The position numbers and the translations under genes are program-made. Positions 28,993 through 38,813 of a stretch of DNA of 64,000 nucleotides are shown here, piece after piece. The stretch lies in NCBI GenBank assembly GCA_009777475.1, contig WRLU01000012.1, positions 1,122-65,121 on the forward strand, given 5' to 3'. The DNA comes from Oscillospiraceae bacterium (GTDB lineage Bacteria; Bacillota; Clostridia; Oscillospirales; UBA929). The notes under the pieces were generated by a model, which saw only the letters and a program-made list of their open reading frames with translations, was not told the DNA's origin and made no database searches. Each line of letters begins with the position of its first letter. The first letter of the stretch is position 1.

Positions 28993-30954
28993 TCACAATG
29001 TTTTAACAGCTATCCCTTTATCCTTCAAGGATAGATGCACATTGCTTTTCTGCCCGGTATTGTCAAAGCACGAATCGGCGAACACAATCCGTCCAGGCGC
29101 GTATGCCGCCATTTCAAGTGCGTCTCCCGGCGTTATGCCGCGTGCCAAGCACAAAAAGAACTTAACTCCGCAGGAGGTACTCCCCTCATCGCCGCTGACC
29201 CTGCCGATGCCGTGGACAACCCTGCCGCTTTTCAGTGTGATGGGAATTATCGGCTGTGTTAGTTCCTGTCCCAGCTTCAGCATGACCTCGCAGACAATGT
29301 CTAACTCGGAACGCCCGGGCTTGATAACGTCAATCATGTCGCGAATCCGCGCTTCCAGTTCCTGCAACGCCCCCTCATCTTTTATGGGCGAATCGTCCCA
29401 AAGCTTCAAATTTGAGCTGTCGAGTTTAAATACTTTAAACCCGGCATCCAAATTTGAAAATGAGGAATTATTCTCACCTTGCAGCTGTCCGCCCTTCAAT
29501 TCCTCACTGCACAATTTGCGTCCCGCACGTCTGATTCTCTCCTTACCTATATCGCAAATTGTACGATAACCCGCTTTGTAAGCCTCCGACTTCTCGCCAG
29601 TTAGCTCCGGCAGCTGCACCATGATGAATTTGCGATTGCCGCCGTCTTCGGCGTTGAGCTGCATAACAGCGTGGGCAGTGGTGGCGGAGCCGGAGAAAAA
29701 GTCGAGGATGATGCCAGAGCTATTGCTCCCCAGTGCAACAGCGCGTTTTATTGTTTCAAGGCTTTTAGGGTAATCAAAGGGTTTTTGTGGGAATAATTTG
29801 CTTAAGGCAAGGCTTCCTGCTTCATTTCTTACTGAAGCTTCATCCCATATTGTACGCTCCCTCCTCATGGAGCTGCGATATTTTTCAACGATCATAAACG
29901 TCCCATCTTGTTTTTTTCTTCCTTTTAGGTTAATGTTCAAATTACTCAACGTTTTGTCCTTCCCCCAGCGCCAAACAGTTTGAACCCCTTGTGAAACCAA
30001 CGGCATAACCTTCACCCAATTATTTTTTGCTTCCAGTGAAAGCTCATATAAACCATTTTCATCTACGCCATTAGGATTAACATAGAAAGGGTAACACAAA
30101 TTTGGACGGTTATTTTCATTGAATTTTATATTCCTGTTACGCAGCTCCCGAACGTCAAACCCGCCAAGCTCATCAAAAAAAATAAATTTCTTCCCCTTAT
30201 CAAAAACGAGGTTTAATTCGGCCCCGAGTTTTCCGTAAGTAAGCAAATATTCGTGTGTTAACGCTAATCCCCCATAATCACGCCCACCCGGATTTGTTTT
30301 CACTATAATTTGAGCTATAAAATTTTCTTCCCCAAAAATCTCATCACACAATTTCCGTAAATTATGAACCTCATTATCATCAATGCTGATAAATATAACC
30401 CCATCGTCCCGCAGCAAGTTCGATGCAAGCTTCAAGCGCGGAAGCATCATATTCAGCCACTTTGTGTGAAACCTCCCCATGTACTCGGGATTACTTTTAG
30501 CGGTCTGCAGTGTAACCTCGCGATACCGCCTGAGCGGGTCAGCAAAGTCGTCTGCGTAGACGAAATCGTTGCCGGTGTTGTACGGCGGATCAATGTAAAT
30601 CATCTTGACTTTGCGGAAATACGCCTGTTGCAGGAGCTTCAAGACCTCGAGGTTGTCTCCCTCTATGTAAAGGTTCTCCGTGCCGTCCCAGTTGACCGAT
30701 TCTTCCGGGCATGGGCGTAACGCACCCGCGCTGCGCTTTCTGGCAAGACGCAGCGACTCTTGCCTGCCCTTCCAGCGAAACTCGTATTTTTCCCGGTCGT
30801 TCTCACCTACTGAGTTGAACACGCCGAGCAGCTGCAGCAGCTTGCGTTCATCCAACTGCCCATCGGTGAAGCACTGCGGGAAGACTGCGCGAAGCTTGTC
30901 CTGTTCGACTTGTTCTATATCCATTGACAGGCCGTCCATTTTTTCGTTAGTCAT
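28993..30954 (-). CDS. Solitary beta-class N6-adenine DNA methyltransferase, type III Mod-like
   Basis: Motif IV IYIDPPYNTGNDFVY comes before motif I ILDFFSGSATTAHAV. Start at MTNEKM (ATG 30954) behind AGGAGG. The track's extension to 31236 runs into rnpB. No res gene on either side. Confidence 0.8.
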   Translation of the reverse strand: MTNEKMDGLSMDIEQVEQDKLRAVFPQCFTDGQLDERKLLQLLGVFNSVGENDREKYEFRWKGRQESLRLARKRSAGALRPCPEESVNWDGTENLYIEGDNLEVLKLLQQAYFRKVKMIYIDPPYNTGNDFVYADDFADPLRRYREVTLQTAKSNPEYMGRFHTKWLNMMLPRLKLASNLLRDDGVIFISIDDNEVHNLRKLCDEIFGEENFIAQIIVKTNPGGRDYGGLALTHEYLLTYGKLGAELNLVFDKGKKFIFFDELGGFDVRELRNRNIKFNENNRPNLCYPFYVNPNGVDENGLYELSLEAKNNWVKVMPLVSQGVQTVWRWGKDKTLSNLNINLKGRKKQDGTFMIVEKYRSSMRRERTIWDEASVRNEAGSLALSKLFPQKPFDYPKSLETIKRAVALGSNSSGIILDFFSGSATTAHAVMQLNAEDGGNRKFIMVQLPELTGEKSEAYKAGYRTICDIGKERIRRAGRKLCSEELKGGQLQGENNSSFSNLDAGFKVFKLDSSNLKLWDDSPIKDEGALQELEARIRDMIDVIKPGRSELDIVCEVMLKLGQELTQPIIPITLKSGRVVHGIGRVSGDEGSTSCGVKFFLCLARGITPGDALEMAAYAPGRIVFADSCFDNTGQKSNVHLSLKDKGIAVKTL

Positions 30955-31134
30955 CGGGGTTTGTCCTCCTAGCCGATCTCTTTGAAGCCCTGCATCTGAA
31001 ATATTCCATAATACCGCCGGATTTAGACTGTTCATTTTTTTGATTTTACCACACTCTTCATAGCTTGTATAGAGACAAATACCACCGTTTGGCGTGATTA
31101 GACCTTCCAGAAAATTAAATGCCAGGAAAGGTTG

Positions 31135-31163
31135 TTGACATTTCCTCGTAAAGCGGATAGAAT
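31135..31163 (+). promoter_or_regulatory. rnpB promoter
   Basis: TTGACA (31135-31140), 17-nt spacer, TAGAAT (31158-31163), 6 nt before the P1 helix. Confidence 0.6.
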
Positions 31164-31169
31164 AATCTC

Positions 31170-31566
31170 GCAAGAAGGTCAGGCAGCCGCCCGCGTAGCT
31201 CCGAAAGGACGCGCGGGAGGAAAGTCCGGGCTCCACAGGGCAGGGATAGCGGGTAACACCCGCCCAAGGTAACTTGAGGACAAGTGCAACAGAAATAAAC
31301 CGCCCGTGCGCAGAATGTGCCCGAAAGCCATTAAGACAGAAATTTTCAGGTATATTCTGCGCATGGGTAAGGGTGGAAAGGCGAGGTAAGAGCTCACCGG
31401 TTCCCCAGGAAACTGGGGAACCCTGTAAACTCTATCCCGGAGCAACACCCAGCAGGAGGCATACCCGGCCCGGCAGTCTCCGATGAGGTGGCACCGAGCC
31501 GTTTGGCAACAAACGGCCCAGATAGATGGCTGTCCGCGACAGAACCCGGCTTACAGACCTTCTTGC
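31170..31566 (+). ncRNA. rnpB: RNase P RNA (bacterial type A)
   Basis: Conserved GGAGGAAAGTCCGGGCTCCACAGGGCAGGG and ACAGAACCCGGCTTA. The P1 helix pairs gcaagaaggtc (31170-31180) with gaccttcttgc (31556-31566). Confidence 0.92.
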
Positions 31567-31623
31567 ATAAAGCCCTAGGTGGGGTTGGTGTATGGCCAAG
31601 ATGGCGGGAGGTGAGGAGGCGGC

Positions 31624-32019
31624 ATGGCACACACGGCACTTGAAAAAACGGCCTGGGGCGACCGGCTCATCATTGCGGCTGTACTTATATCCGCACTATG
31701 TGTTTCTATTTTGTTTTTCCCGCATGGGAAATCTGTTCATGTCGCAAAATTAACTGTTATGGGTCAGGAGACCACTTTATCGCTGAAGGGTTTAGCCGGA
31801 GAGCACTCCTCTAAAACAGTGAAATGCGCCAATGGAATAAGTCTTACATTAGAATTCGAGGCCGGCAGAGTGCGTGTAGCGAACGCAAATTGTCCTGATA
31901 GGCTGTGCGTAAAAACAGGATGGCTTGATGGCCCATGGAAATGCGCCGTATGCATCCCCGGACAGGCAATTTTGCAAATCAACGGCACGTTCTCTCGCTT
32001 GGATGCAATAACAGGGTAG
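31624..32019 (+). CDS. NusG domain II-containing membrane-anchored protein
   Basis: N-terminal TM segment plus NANCPDRLCVKTGWLDGPWKCAVCIPGQAIL, paired with a Gx transporter as is usual. Confidence 0.7.
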   Translation: MAHTALEKTAWGDRLIIAAVLISALCVSILFFPHGKSVHVAKLTVMGQETTLSLKGLAGEHSSKTVKCANGISLTLEFEAGRVRVANANCPDRLCVKTGWLDGPWKCAVCIPGQAILQINGTFSRLDAITG

Positions 32020-32528
32020 GTGGTTATATAAAAACAGTCAGGTTTATCGCCTACGGCGGTCTGCTCACAGCGTTGGCAGCGGGACTTTCGGTTTTAGAGC
32101 GGTTTATTCCGCTTTTTCTTTGGGTTCCATTTCCGGGCATTAAGCTAGGTTTGGCTAATGTTGTTACCATTTGCGTGTTGTATTGGCTAGGCATGCGTCC
32201 GGCAATTGGTATTATTGTAGCGCGGTGCTTTTTAACAGGTTTTTTCTCTGGTGGGCTTACCGGATTTTTATTTTCGCTCACCGGCGGGCTGTTTTCCCTT
32301 TCGGTCATGTACCTCTTGATGGGTCGGCGCGGTGTGTCGATTTGGGGGGTAAGCATAGCCGGAGCCGCCTGTCACAGCATCGGGCAAATTTTTATCGCTG
32401 TGTGCTTGATGAAAAGCACTGCACCAATAACATATTTGCCAATTCTGCTGATCGCGGGCCTGATTACAGGTACCTTAACTGCTGCCGTTGCCCTCGGCGT
32501 TTTCCGGGTATGTAAGCTGAAGCCATAA
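31935..32528 (+). CDS. Gx transporter family protein (Hpre_diP_synt_I-like)
   Basis: LLTALAAGLSVLERFIPL ... PGIKLGLANVVT ... FFSGGLTGFLFSLTGGL. The start is uncertain; the ATGs at 31935 and 31950 overlap the upstream gene. Confidence 0.7.
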   Translation: MEMRRMHPRTGNFANQRHVLSLGCNNRVGGYIKTVRFIAYGGLLTALAAGLSVLERFIPLFLWVPFPGIKLGLANVVTICVLYWLGMRPAIGIIVARCFLTGFFSGGLTGFLFSLTGGLFSLSVMYLLMGRRGVSIWGVSIAGAACHSIGQIFIAVCLMKSTAPITYLPILLIAGLITGTLTAAVALGVFRVCKLKP

Positions 32529-32562
32529 AAAACCACCCGCGCCTTGGGCGCGGGTGGTTTTT
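32527..32562. terminator. Bidirectional rho-independent terminator
   Basis: aaaaaaccacccgcgcc-ttgg-gcgcgggtggttttt lies between convergent genes. Confidence 0.8.
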
Positions 32563-32569
32563 GCATATC

Positions 32570-34393
32570 CTAATACTTTCCGAAATCGGCACTACTTCCG
32601 TCAGGTGAATATGAGGACTTTTCCGGCATGGCAAGCTGTTTTTTCTGGCCTGCGGGGGAGGCGTGCAATGCCATTCCTCCGCCATCTCTGAGATGGAAGC
32701 GTGAAATAAGCTCCTCCAAAATGTTTGCCTGCCCGCTCATCTCTTCAGAGGATGCGGCACTCTGCTCCGCTGTCGCGCTGTTCTGCTGAATAACCTGAGC
32801 AACTTGGTCGATACCGGTGTTGATCTGCTCAATACCCGAGGACTGCTCCTTGGATGACCATGCAATATCTACAATGAGCTGGTTACTCTCGTTGATACCC
32901 TTGACGATATCAGTAAGGCTTGCAGCAGTTTCCCCAGCGATGCGCGCACCAAGCTCTGCTTTTTCCATAGAATTCTGAATCATTGTGCCGGTTTCCTTAG
33001 CGGCATCAGCACTCTTGGCAGCTAGGTTGCGAACCTCCTCGGCAACAACGGCAAAGCCCTTACCATGCTGACCTGCCCGCGCCGCCTCAACAGCGGCGTT
33101 AAGTGCCAGGATATTTGTCTGGAAGGCAATATCATCAATAGTTTTAATAACCTTACTGATGGACTGGCTCGCCGCCGTAATATCTGCCACCGCAGACATC
33201 ATCTCATCCATCTGCTGACTTCCCTTCTCCGCACTCTGCCTGATAGTGTCGGACATTTGGGCGGTCTTATCCGCCATTTCGGCGTTGGTTTTGGTCTTTT
33301 CCGCAATTTCGGAAATAGAAGACGAAAGCTCCTCAACAGCGGCCGCTTGCTGGGTGGATCCCTGCGCCAATGACTGGGCACCATCAGCTATCTGCTTTGA
33401 GCCAGTGGAAACCTGGGCGGTCGAGCTGTTGATCTCCCCAAACATCTCATTCAAGTTGCTTACCATGTGATTCAGGGATCTGCCCATAGTGTCAGCATCA
33501 GAAAGAGTTTCGACCTCAGCTGTAAGGTCGCCCGAGGCAACAACCTCCAAGGCCTTTGATATATCGGTGATTCTCTCCACAAATCCAGCGGCAGACAATA
33601 TGGTCTGACCAACCTCATCCTTGATTTTCGAGTAATTTGCTATAGTCTCGCGGTCAGTTGCGTCAAGGTGGAGATCTCCGGTGGCCGCTGCCCTTTGCAT
33701 AAAGGCGGCAAGGGCACTCATGGGCTTGCTGATAAGCCCTGATATGTATAGTGCTAAGAACACAGAAACGGCAACAGCGGCAACCAAAATTATAATGGTG
33801 ATAAGAAGACTGGAGCTGGCCGATTCCCCTATGCTGTCCGACTTAGCAGAGGCACTCTCAAGCTTCAGATTCATACACTTGTCAAAATCCTCTACAACAA
33901 CGTTTATGTCATTGGTATACTTGGCTATTTCAGCCTGTATGTCAGCACAGCTTTCGCCGCGCTTTGCCATCTGATAGGCATCCTCAGTAATCTTGCCCAT
34001 CCTGTCGGTGTAAAGCGACACCCCATCTTCAAACAGCCTAGAGGCCTCCTGGCCCTGCGAAGTTGATGTATCTATGGTCACGCGGTAAGTGTCAAAGGCT
34101 TTTTTTACTTCGGCATCATATTCCAGTATGGAATTATGTGCCGCCTCGACCATTTCCTGATCCTCCAAGGCTGCCCCCAGGGAGTATTCGCGCAACCCGA
34201 CCCGTGTACGCTGAATGAGTTCAATAATCGTGGACATGTCGAACAGCGGCACTGTCTGGTTCTCGTACATTTCCGTACTCAGCCTGTCCATGGTCTGCAT
34301 GTTGACGATGGCTAACACCCCCAACGTCAGCATGAGTGCGATTGAGATTGCGAAGCTCACTAACAATTTCGCGGTCACTTTCAGATTTTTCAT
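32570..34393 (-). CDS. Methyl-accepting chemotaxis protein
   Basis: TM-sensor-TM-HAMP architecture. Signalling domain with IAFQTNILALNAAVEAARAGQHGKGFAVVAEEVRNLA. Start at MKNLKV (ATG 34393) behind AGGAGG. Confidence 0.9.
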   Translation of the reverse strand: MKNLKVTAKLLVSFAISIALMLTLGVLAIVNMQTMDRLSTEMYENQTVPLFDMSTIIELIQRTRVGLREYSLGAALEDQEMVEAAHNSILEYDAEVKKAFDTYRVTIDTSTSQGQEASRLFEDGVSLYTDRMGKITEDAYQMAKRGESCADIQAEIAKYTNDINVVVEDFDKCMNLKLESASAKSDSIGESASSSLLITIIILVAAVAVSVFLALYISGLISKPMSALAAFMQRAAATGDLHLDATDRETIANYSKIKDEVGQTILSAAGFVERITDISKALEVVASGDLTAEVETLSDADTMGRSLNHMVSNLNEMFGEINSSTAQVSTGSKQIADGAQSLAQGSTQQAAAVEELSSSISEIAEKTKTNAEMADKTAQMSDTIRQSAEKGSQQMDEMMSAVADITAASQSISKVIKTIDDIAFQTNILALNAAVEAARAGQHGKGFAVVAEEVRNLAAKSADAAKETGTMIQNSMEKAELGARIAGETAASLTDIVKGINESNQLIVDIAWSSKEQSSGIEQINTGIDQVAQVIQQNSATAEQSAASSEEMSGQANILEELISRFHLRDGGGMALHASPAGQKKQLAMPEKSSYSPDGSSADFGKY

Positions 34394-34764
34394 GTCAATT
34401 CCTCCTAAATTTCGTCCGGTATTCCGGGCAAATCCCCGAAATCGCCGCAACATACTATAGGGAATATAACACACCTCTTTCTTTTTTGCAATAGTTTTTT
34501 TACGTTAATCGAAATTTTTTTTTGGAGTTAAACCCAATGCCGCCCATTTTAGGGAAAACAGCCTCTTGACAAAGCCTTGGGGGGTATGATAGCATGGCCC
34601 CAATAAGGGGTCCGGCTGACAAATAATTAACCTCGGATGCCCAATTTTAATCGTCAGGAACAATAGGCCCCCTGGAAATTAAAGTGTGAGAGGTTCAACA
34701 ATAACCGTTGCCTGTCCGGGTGACGGCTTTTCTGTTGCCGGCAACAGAGAAAAGAGAGGCTCCT

Positions 34765-35724
34765 ATGAATTTTTGCTTTATCGGTGCCGGGGCAATTGCC
34801 CGCATCATCATGAGGGATATGGAGTCCCTGGAAGGCTGCCGTTTGGTTTCGGTGGTTTCCCGCAATGGAGAAAGTGCCAAGTCGTTGGCAGGGCAATACG
34901 GCGGGAGGGCTTGTGCCTCTGTAAACGAGGCATTGTCTTGCCCGGGAGTTGATGTCGCTTACATATCCAGCACAAACGATTTGCACTATGAACACACCAT
35001 TGCCGCCCTTGGCGAGGGGCTTGCCGTACTGTGCGAAAAACCCTTTGCCATAAACCGAAGCCAAGCTTTGGAGATGGTTGAGCTGGCAAAGGTAAAGGGT
35101 TTATATCTGGCCGAAGGCATGTGGACACGGCATAACCCGGTAATTAAAAAGGCATTGAGTTGGATTTTTGACGGTCGCATTGGTAATATCCGCAATTTTC
35201 GCGTTTCATTTGCCTCTCCATCAGATGCCCCGCCGGAGCACAGGCTGATGAACCCACGATTGGGAGGAGGAAGCCTGCTTGATATAGGGGTATATGGGGT
35301 TGCTTTTGCCCAGATGATCATGGACATTGCGCCGGTATCGGTATGCGCGGCGGCCGAAATGACCGTCTCAGGGGTGGATGGGCAATGCGCCCTGACTCTG
35401 CGCTATCCCGGAGGAGCAATTGGGCGGGTTTTTTCGTCATTGACCGCTCCTGAATCAAACGATGCGGTTATATTCGGGGAAAACGGCGAGATAAGGATTC
35501 CTGCATTTTGGAACCCCTCCAAATCTGAATTGATCACGCCAAACGGCACCGAATGCTTTGAACATCCCGATATGGGGTACCGCCCTCAATTGGAGGCGAT
35601 TTTAAGCGACCTTCAAGCAGGGCGGAGGGAAAACGCACTTGTAACACATAAATTCACGCTGGAGGTTATGGATATTCTAGATAAAGCCCGGGAATGCATC
35701 ACGTCACGGCATTCCGAGCTATAG
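34765..35724 (+). CDS. Gfo/Idh/MocA family oxidoreductase
   Basis: Rossmann N-terminus MNFCFIGAGAIARI plus CEKPFA. Confidence 0.8.
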   Translation: MNFCFIGAGAIARIIMRDMESLEGCRLVSVVSRNGESAKSLAGQYGGRACASVNEALSCPGVDVAYISSTNDLHYEHTIAALGEGLAVLCEKPFAINRSQALEMVELAKVKGLYLAEGMWTRHNPVIKKALSWIFDGRIGNIRNFRVSFASPSDAPPEHRLMNPRLGGGSLLDIGVYGVAFAQMIMDIAPVSVCAAAEMTVSGVDGQCALTLRYPGGAIGRVFSSLTAPESNDAVIFGENGEIRIPAFWNPSKSELITPNGTECFEHPDMGYRPQLEAILSDLQAGRRENALVTHKFTLEVMDILDKARECITSRHSEL

Positions 35725-36400
35725 ACTCACAAAAATCCCGGCACCTTTGGGCAATATCCTGCACACCGAACACTGAACTGCCTGCTATTAAGGCAGAGGC
35801 TCCCGACCGCACGCACATAACGGCATTTTCCATTGTAATGCCACCGTCAACCTGCAGTTCGCAGCCTGGATTGATTTTGTCTATCAGCTCCCTCAGCTGC
35901 GCAATACGCCCTAAGCTGCCCGGCAGAAATTTCTGACCGCCTTTACCTGGATGGACAGACATAAGCAGGGCAATATCCGAATATGGCAAAACCCCGCATA
36001 AATCCTCCACAGGGGTTCCAGGGCAAAGAGATATGCCGGACAGCCTTCCGGCCTTGCGAATATCTTTCAGCAATGCCCTCAGCTCACTACCGGCACCCGC
36101 CTCAGAGTGTATTGTAACGGATCTGGCACCGGCCTGTATGAATGGATAAATGTGACTCGCCGGGTTGGTTACCATCAGATGAGCATCAATAGGCAGAGAG
36201 GTATATTTGCCCAGCCCTTGGCAAACGTGTACCCCATAAGAGAGGTTTTCTACAAAATGCCCATCCATAATATCAAGATGCCAGCGAGCCGCACCTCCCT
36301 GCTCGGCCAATTGCATTTGTTTCGCTATGCACCCTGGGTCACACGCCAACAGCGATGGCACCAGCACAGGAGTACCCCCCGCTCCCCTTTCTGCGTTCAT
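35699..36400 (-). CDS. rpe: Ribulose-phosphate 3-epimerase
   Basis: PSLLACD, HLDIMDGHFV, VDGGI. Confidence 0.88.
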   Translation of the reverse strand: MNAERGAGGTPVLVPSLLACDPGCIAKQMQLAEQGGAARWHLDIMDGHFVENLSYGVHVCQGLGKYTSLPIDAHLMVTNPASHIYPFIQAGARSVTIHSEAGAGSELRALLKDIRKAGRLSGISLCPGTPVEDLCGVLPYSDIALLMSVHPGKGGQKFLPGSLGRIAQLRELIDKINPGCELQVDGGITMENAVMCVRSGASALIAGSSVFGVQDIAQRCRDFCESIARNAVT

Positions 36401-37107
36401 ACGTTTCCCGTGGGCGAAGTAGTTGGCACAAAGGCTGCCGCCGGATCGTTGGGGTCAGGGAGCTGCGGAAATACCGGTCGTGAAGTCGGTTCAAGCGAGG
36501 GTAAAGGCTCTATGCTTGGCTGGGGTGCCGTTTTGCGCGGGTCATGCGGTATAATAATCTGTTTTCCCGCGCTGATGTCGTTCTCATTCTCCATAATACC
36601 GCGATTTCGCAGAAAAATATTGCTTGCAAGGGCGCGGGTTTCATAAAACGCCATGCTTATATCGGCAAGGGTTTCACCCTCTTTGACCTGATAGGATATC
36701 TCACCGGGATTCGGCACAGGCTGTTCCCTAGGGGACTCATCCTGCTTTGGATTGGCAATCGCATACTCCAGCTGTGTCATCGCAAAAGCTATCTTTTTTC
36801 TGTTTGGGTTGTGTTCTAAGGCTTCCCGAAGAAAATATTCAGCTTCCTCAGGGTACCCTGACTCTGTGCAGGCTTCCGCCAAAAGCACATAAGGCTCGGT
36901 TCTCCAGGGGTATAAGTGTATTACCGTACGGAACTTCTCGGCGGCATCGGCAGGATCATCGTTTTCCATTGCCAGGCGCCCTTCCTTCATAAGGATAGAC
37001 ATTTTAACTGGCGGAAACTGCCGATTGAGTAGCGTGGCACACAATGCCCCGACTGAAATACAGATAACTGCCAGGGTGATCAGTGACGCACGTAAAGCTT
37101 TGTTCAT
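36397..37107 (-). CDS. Membrane-anchored TPR + LysM domain protein
   Basis: N-terminal TM segment, TPR-like region, and LysM YQVKEGETLADISMAFY ... ISAGKQIIIP. ATGA overlap with the rpe start. Confidence 0.7.
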   Translation of the reverse strand: MNKALRASLITLAVICISVGALCATLLNRQFPPVKMSILMKEGRLAMENDDPADAAEKFRTVIHLYPWRTEPYVLLAEACTESGYPEEAEYFLREALEHNPNRKKIAFAMTQLEYAIANPKQDESPREQPVPNPGEISYQVKEGETLADISMAFYETRALASNIFLRNRGIMENENDISAGKQIIIPHDPRKTAPQPSIEPLPSLEPTSRPVFPQLPDPNDPAAAFVPTTSPTGNV

Positions 37108-37184
37108 GTATTCTCCCCTCCTGGTTAAACATTATAAATCACTCTTGATTATAAATCAAGGGCTGAGGACTCGCGTTAGAAGCT

Positions 37185-38813
37185 TCAGCGTTTGTTCCCT
37201 CCCGATAATTTTTTCGGGATGTTTTTACGGCGCGGCAGCTGGCTCCGGCCTTTGGGCTTTCCCTGAGGCTTTAATATGACAATTTCACGACAAGCCATAA
37301 CCATAACCGCAATCAGCACTATAAGCACCGCATACGAATGACGGTGGAGGGCAAACGTCTGAATCGGCAAATGCGGCGCGGGCAGATACTGCCCATAAAG
37401 ATAACCGAAATGCCTCAAATAGTTATAATACGCCCCATAAGAGGCAAACACCTGCAACGGCCCTATGTATGCGTACACAGGGAAAAGCACGGCTATTATG
37501 ACACACAGCATGTCGGCAGTGAAAAAGTATCTGCCGTGCATACTTGGCAAAAGCCAAGGTATGCCAAGCACCATGCAGGCGGAAAGAAGCAGCAAGGCTT
37601 TATCAGACATGCTCTTGCGTTTGAACCATGCCAGGGTGACCAGTATCAAGATAAAGCCCGCCGCCAGGCCAATCCCCATGCGGGAAAGCGCGGCGTTTTT
37701 TTTGGCTACTGCCCGGTACTGTTCGTCTGGCATGGTATCCCTGTTTGCCTCCTGCCAGTCAATCAGCTCAAACATGGAAGGGGCACCGGAACTGAGCTTG
37801 CCAGAATACTGCCCCGCCTGGCCTGTGTATATTCCGATAAGCCCACCAATCCTGGTTTTGCCCTCATAGTCCCTGCCTAGTTCAAAAAGAGGCACTCCCG
37901 AAAGCATAGCGGGAAGATTTACAGCCAAATAAACCGCCGGGAGAATGACAAAATGCTTTAATTTAACCTTTTTGGCAATCCAGAAAATCGCCAGCATGGG
38001 CAGAAAGAAAACTGTTTGCAGCTTTATGCAGACAGCCAATCCTGCCATAATTACGCTTAATACAGGACGTTCCTCCAAGGCGTATATAAGGCACATGAGG
38101 CAAAAAAAGGCGTATATCACATCGCACTGCGCCCAATAGGCCCCATTCAGCAAAACCGTTGGGGTAAAAAATACAGCCAGTGCCAAGATCGTTTTCCGCC
38201 ATGGTCCCGCATTAAAACGCCCGGACAGCCGCAATGCCGCCATGACTGCAAGAACGTCAAACACAACGCTCCCGAGCTTGTATAGATATAATGGGTCAAC
38301 CGGCAGCCGGGTAATCAGGAAGACAAAATAGCGGTAGGGCATGGTATAATCGCCGGTATTTTTTATGGCATCCCAGCCCTCATTCCTAAACCTTTCCGCC
38401 CAAGCATAAAGGAAGCCCTTATAGTCATGGGTCACCTCAGGCAACAGGCAATACCTTACAGCCATCCCAAGCATAAGCCCTGCTCCCAAAACCAAAAGCT
38501 GTCTGCGGTGAAGCTTCAGCTCAAAATGCCTAAAGCAACGCCACAGCCCAAGGCCCAGCAAAATGGCAAAGCAACAAGCCATGAATAAACTGGTTTCTGA
38601 AATGTATTCGGGAGGGGGATCTATCCATTCTAAGCCCTCGGGAATGACCGGGTAAGACAGCTGCTTAAATGCCGCCCACGCGGCAAAGCAAAGGGCCGCT
38701 ATAGCCCCCAGCAATAGCCCTGGCTTATTTTCGCCCCACAGCACACGCAGCCTTTCCTTTGAAAGCCTTTCATTTACAATCCCGCTCAAATTAAAACGCT
38801 TCAAGCTATTCAC
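37185..38813 (-). CDS. Polytopic GT-C-type glycosyltransferase-like membrane protein (Gpi18/DUF2029-like)
   Basis: More than 10 predicted TM helices and a loop with an acidic motif, as in mannosyltransferase-like COG5542 proteins. GTGA overlap with the upstream FAD gene stop. Confidence 0.5.
   Translation of the reverse strand: MNSLKRFNLSGIVNERLSKERLRVLWGENKPGLLLGAIAALCFAAWAAFKQLSYPVIPEGLEWIDPPPEYISETSLFMACCFAILLGLGLWRCFRHFELKLHRRQLLVLGAGLMLGMAVRYCLLPEVTHDYKGFLYAWAERFRNEGWDAIKNTGDYTMPYRYFVFLITRLPVDPLYLYKLGSVVFDVLAVMAALRLSGRFNAGPWRKTILALAVFFTPTVLLNGAYWAQCDVIYAFFCLMCLIYALEERPVLSVIMAGLAVCIKLQTVFFLPMLAIFWIAKKVKLKHFVILPAVYLAVNLPAMLSGVPLFELGRDYEGKTRIGGLIGIYTGQAGQYSGKLSSGAPSMFELIDWQEANRDTMPDEQYRAVAKKNAALSRMGIGLAAGFILILVTLAWFKRKSMSDKALLLLSACMVLGIPWLLPSMHGRYFFTADMLCVIIAVLFPVYAYIGPLQVFASYGAYYNYLRHFGYLYGQYLPAPHLPIQTFALHRHSYAVLIVLIAVMVMACREIVILKPQGKPKGRSQLPRRKNIPKKLSGGNKR

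Noticed and set aside
30955-31236. N-terminal extension of the methyltransferase ORF (the track gives 28993-31236, 747 aa)
   Set aside because: The extension runs antisense through the rnpB 5' region and promoter and has no RBS. An internal ATG at 30954 has a perfect AGGAGG, and the MTase homology starts there.
31179-31639. Small ORFs 31179-31448(-), 31274-31486(+), 31394-31639(-) and 31432-31632(-)
   Set aside because: They lie inside the RNase P RNA gene. Their Arg/Pro/Gly-rich translations are typical of a GC-rich structured RNA, not proteins.
37338-38202. Plus-strand ORFs (37338-37880, 37465-37869, 37945-38139) and the out-of-frame minus-strand ORF 37963-38202, all overlapping the GT-C membrane protein gene
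   Set aside because: Their translations are Arg/Gly/Pro/His-rich, typical of the wrong frame or the reverse strand of a hydrophobic membrane-protein gene. None has an RBS.
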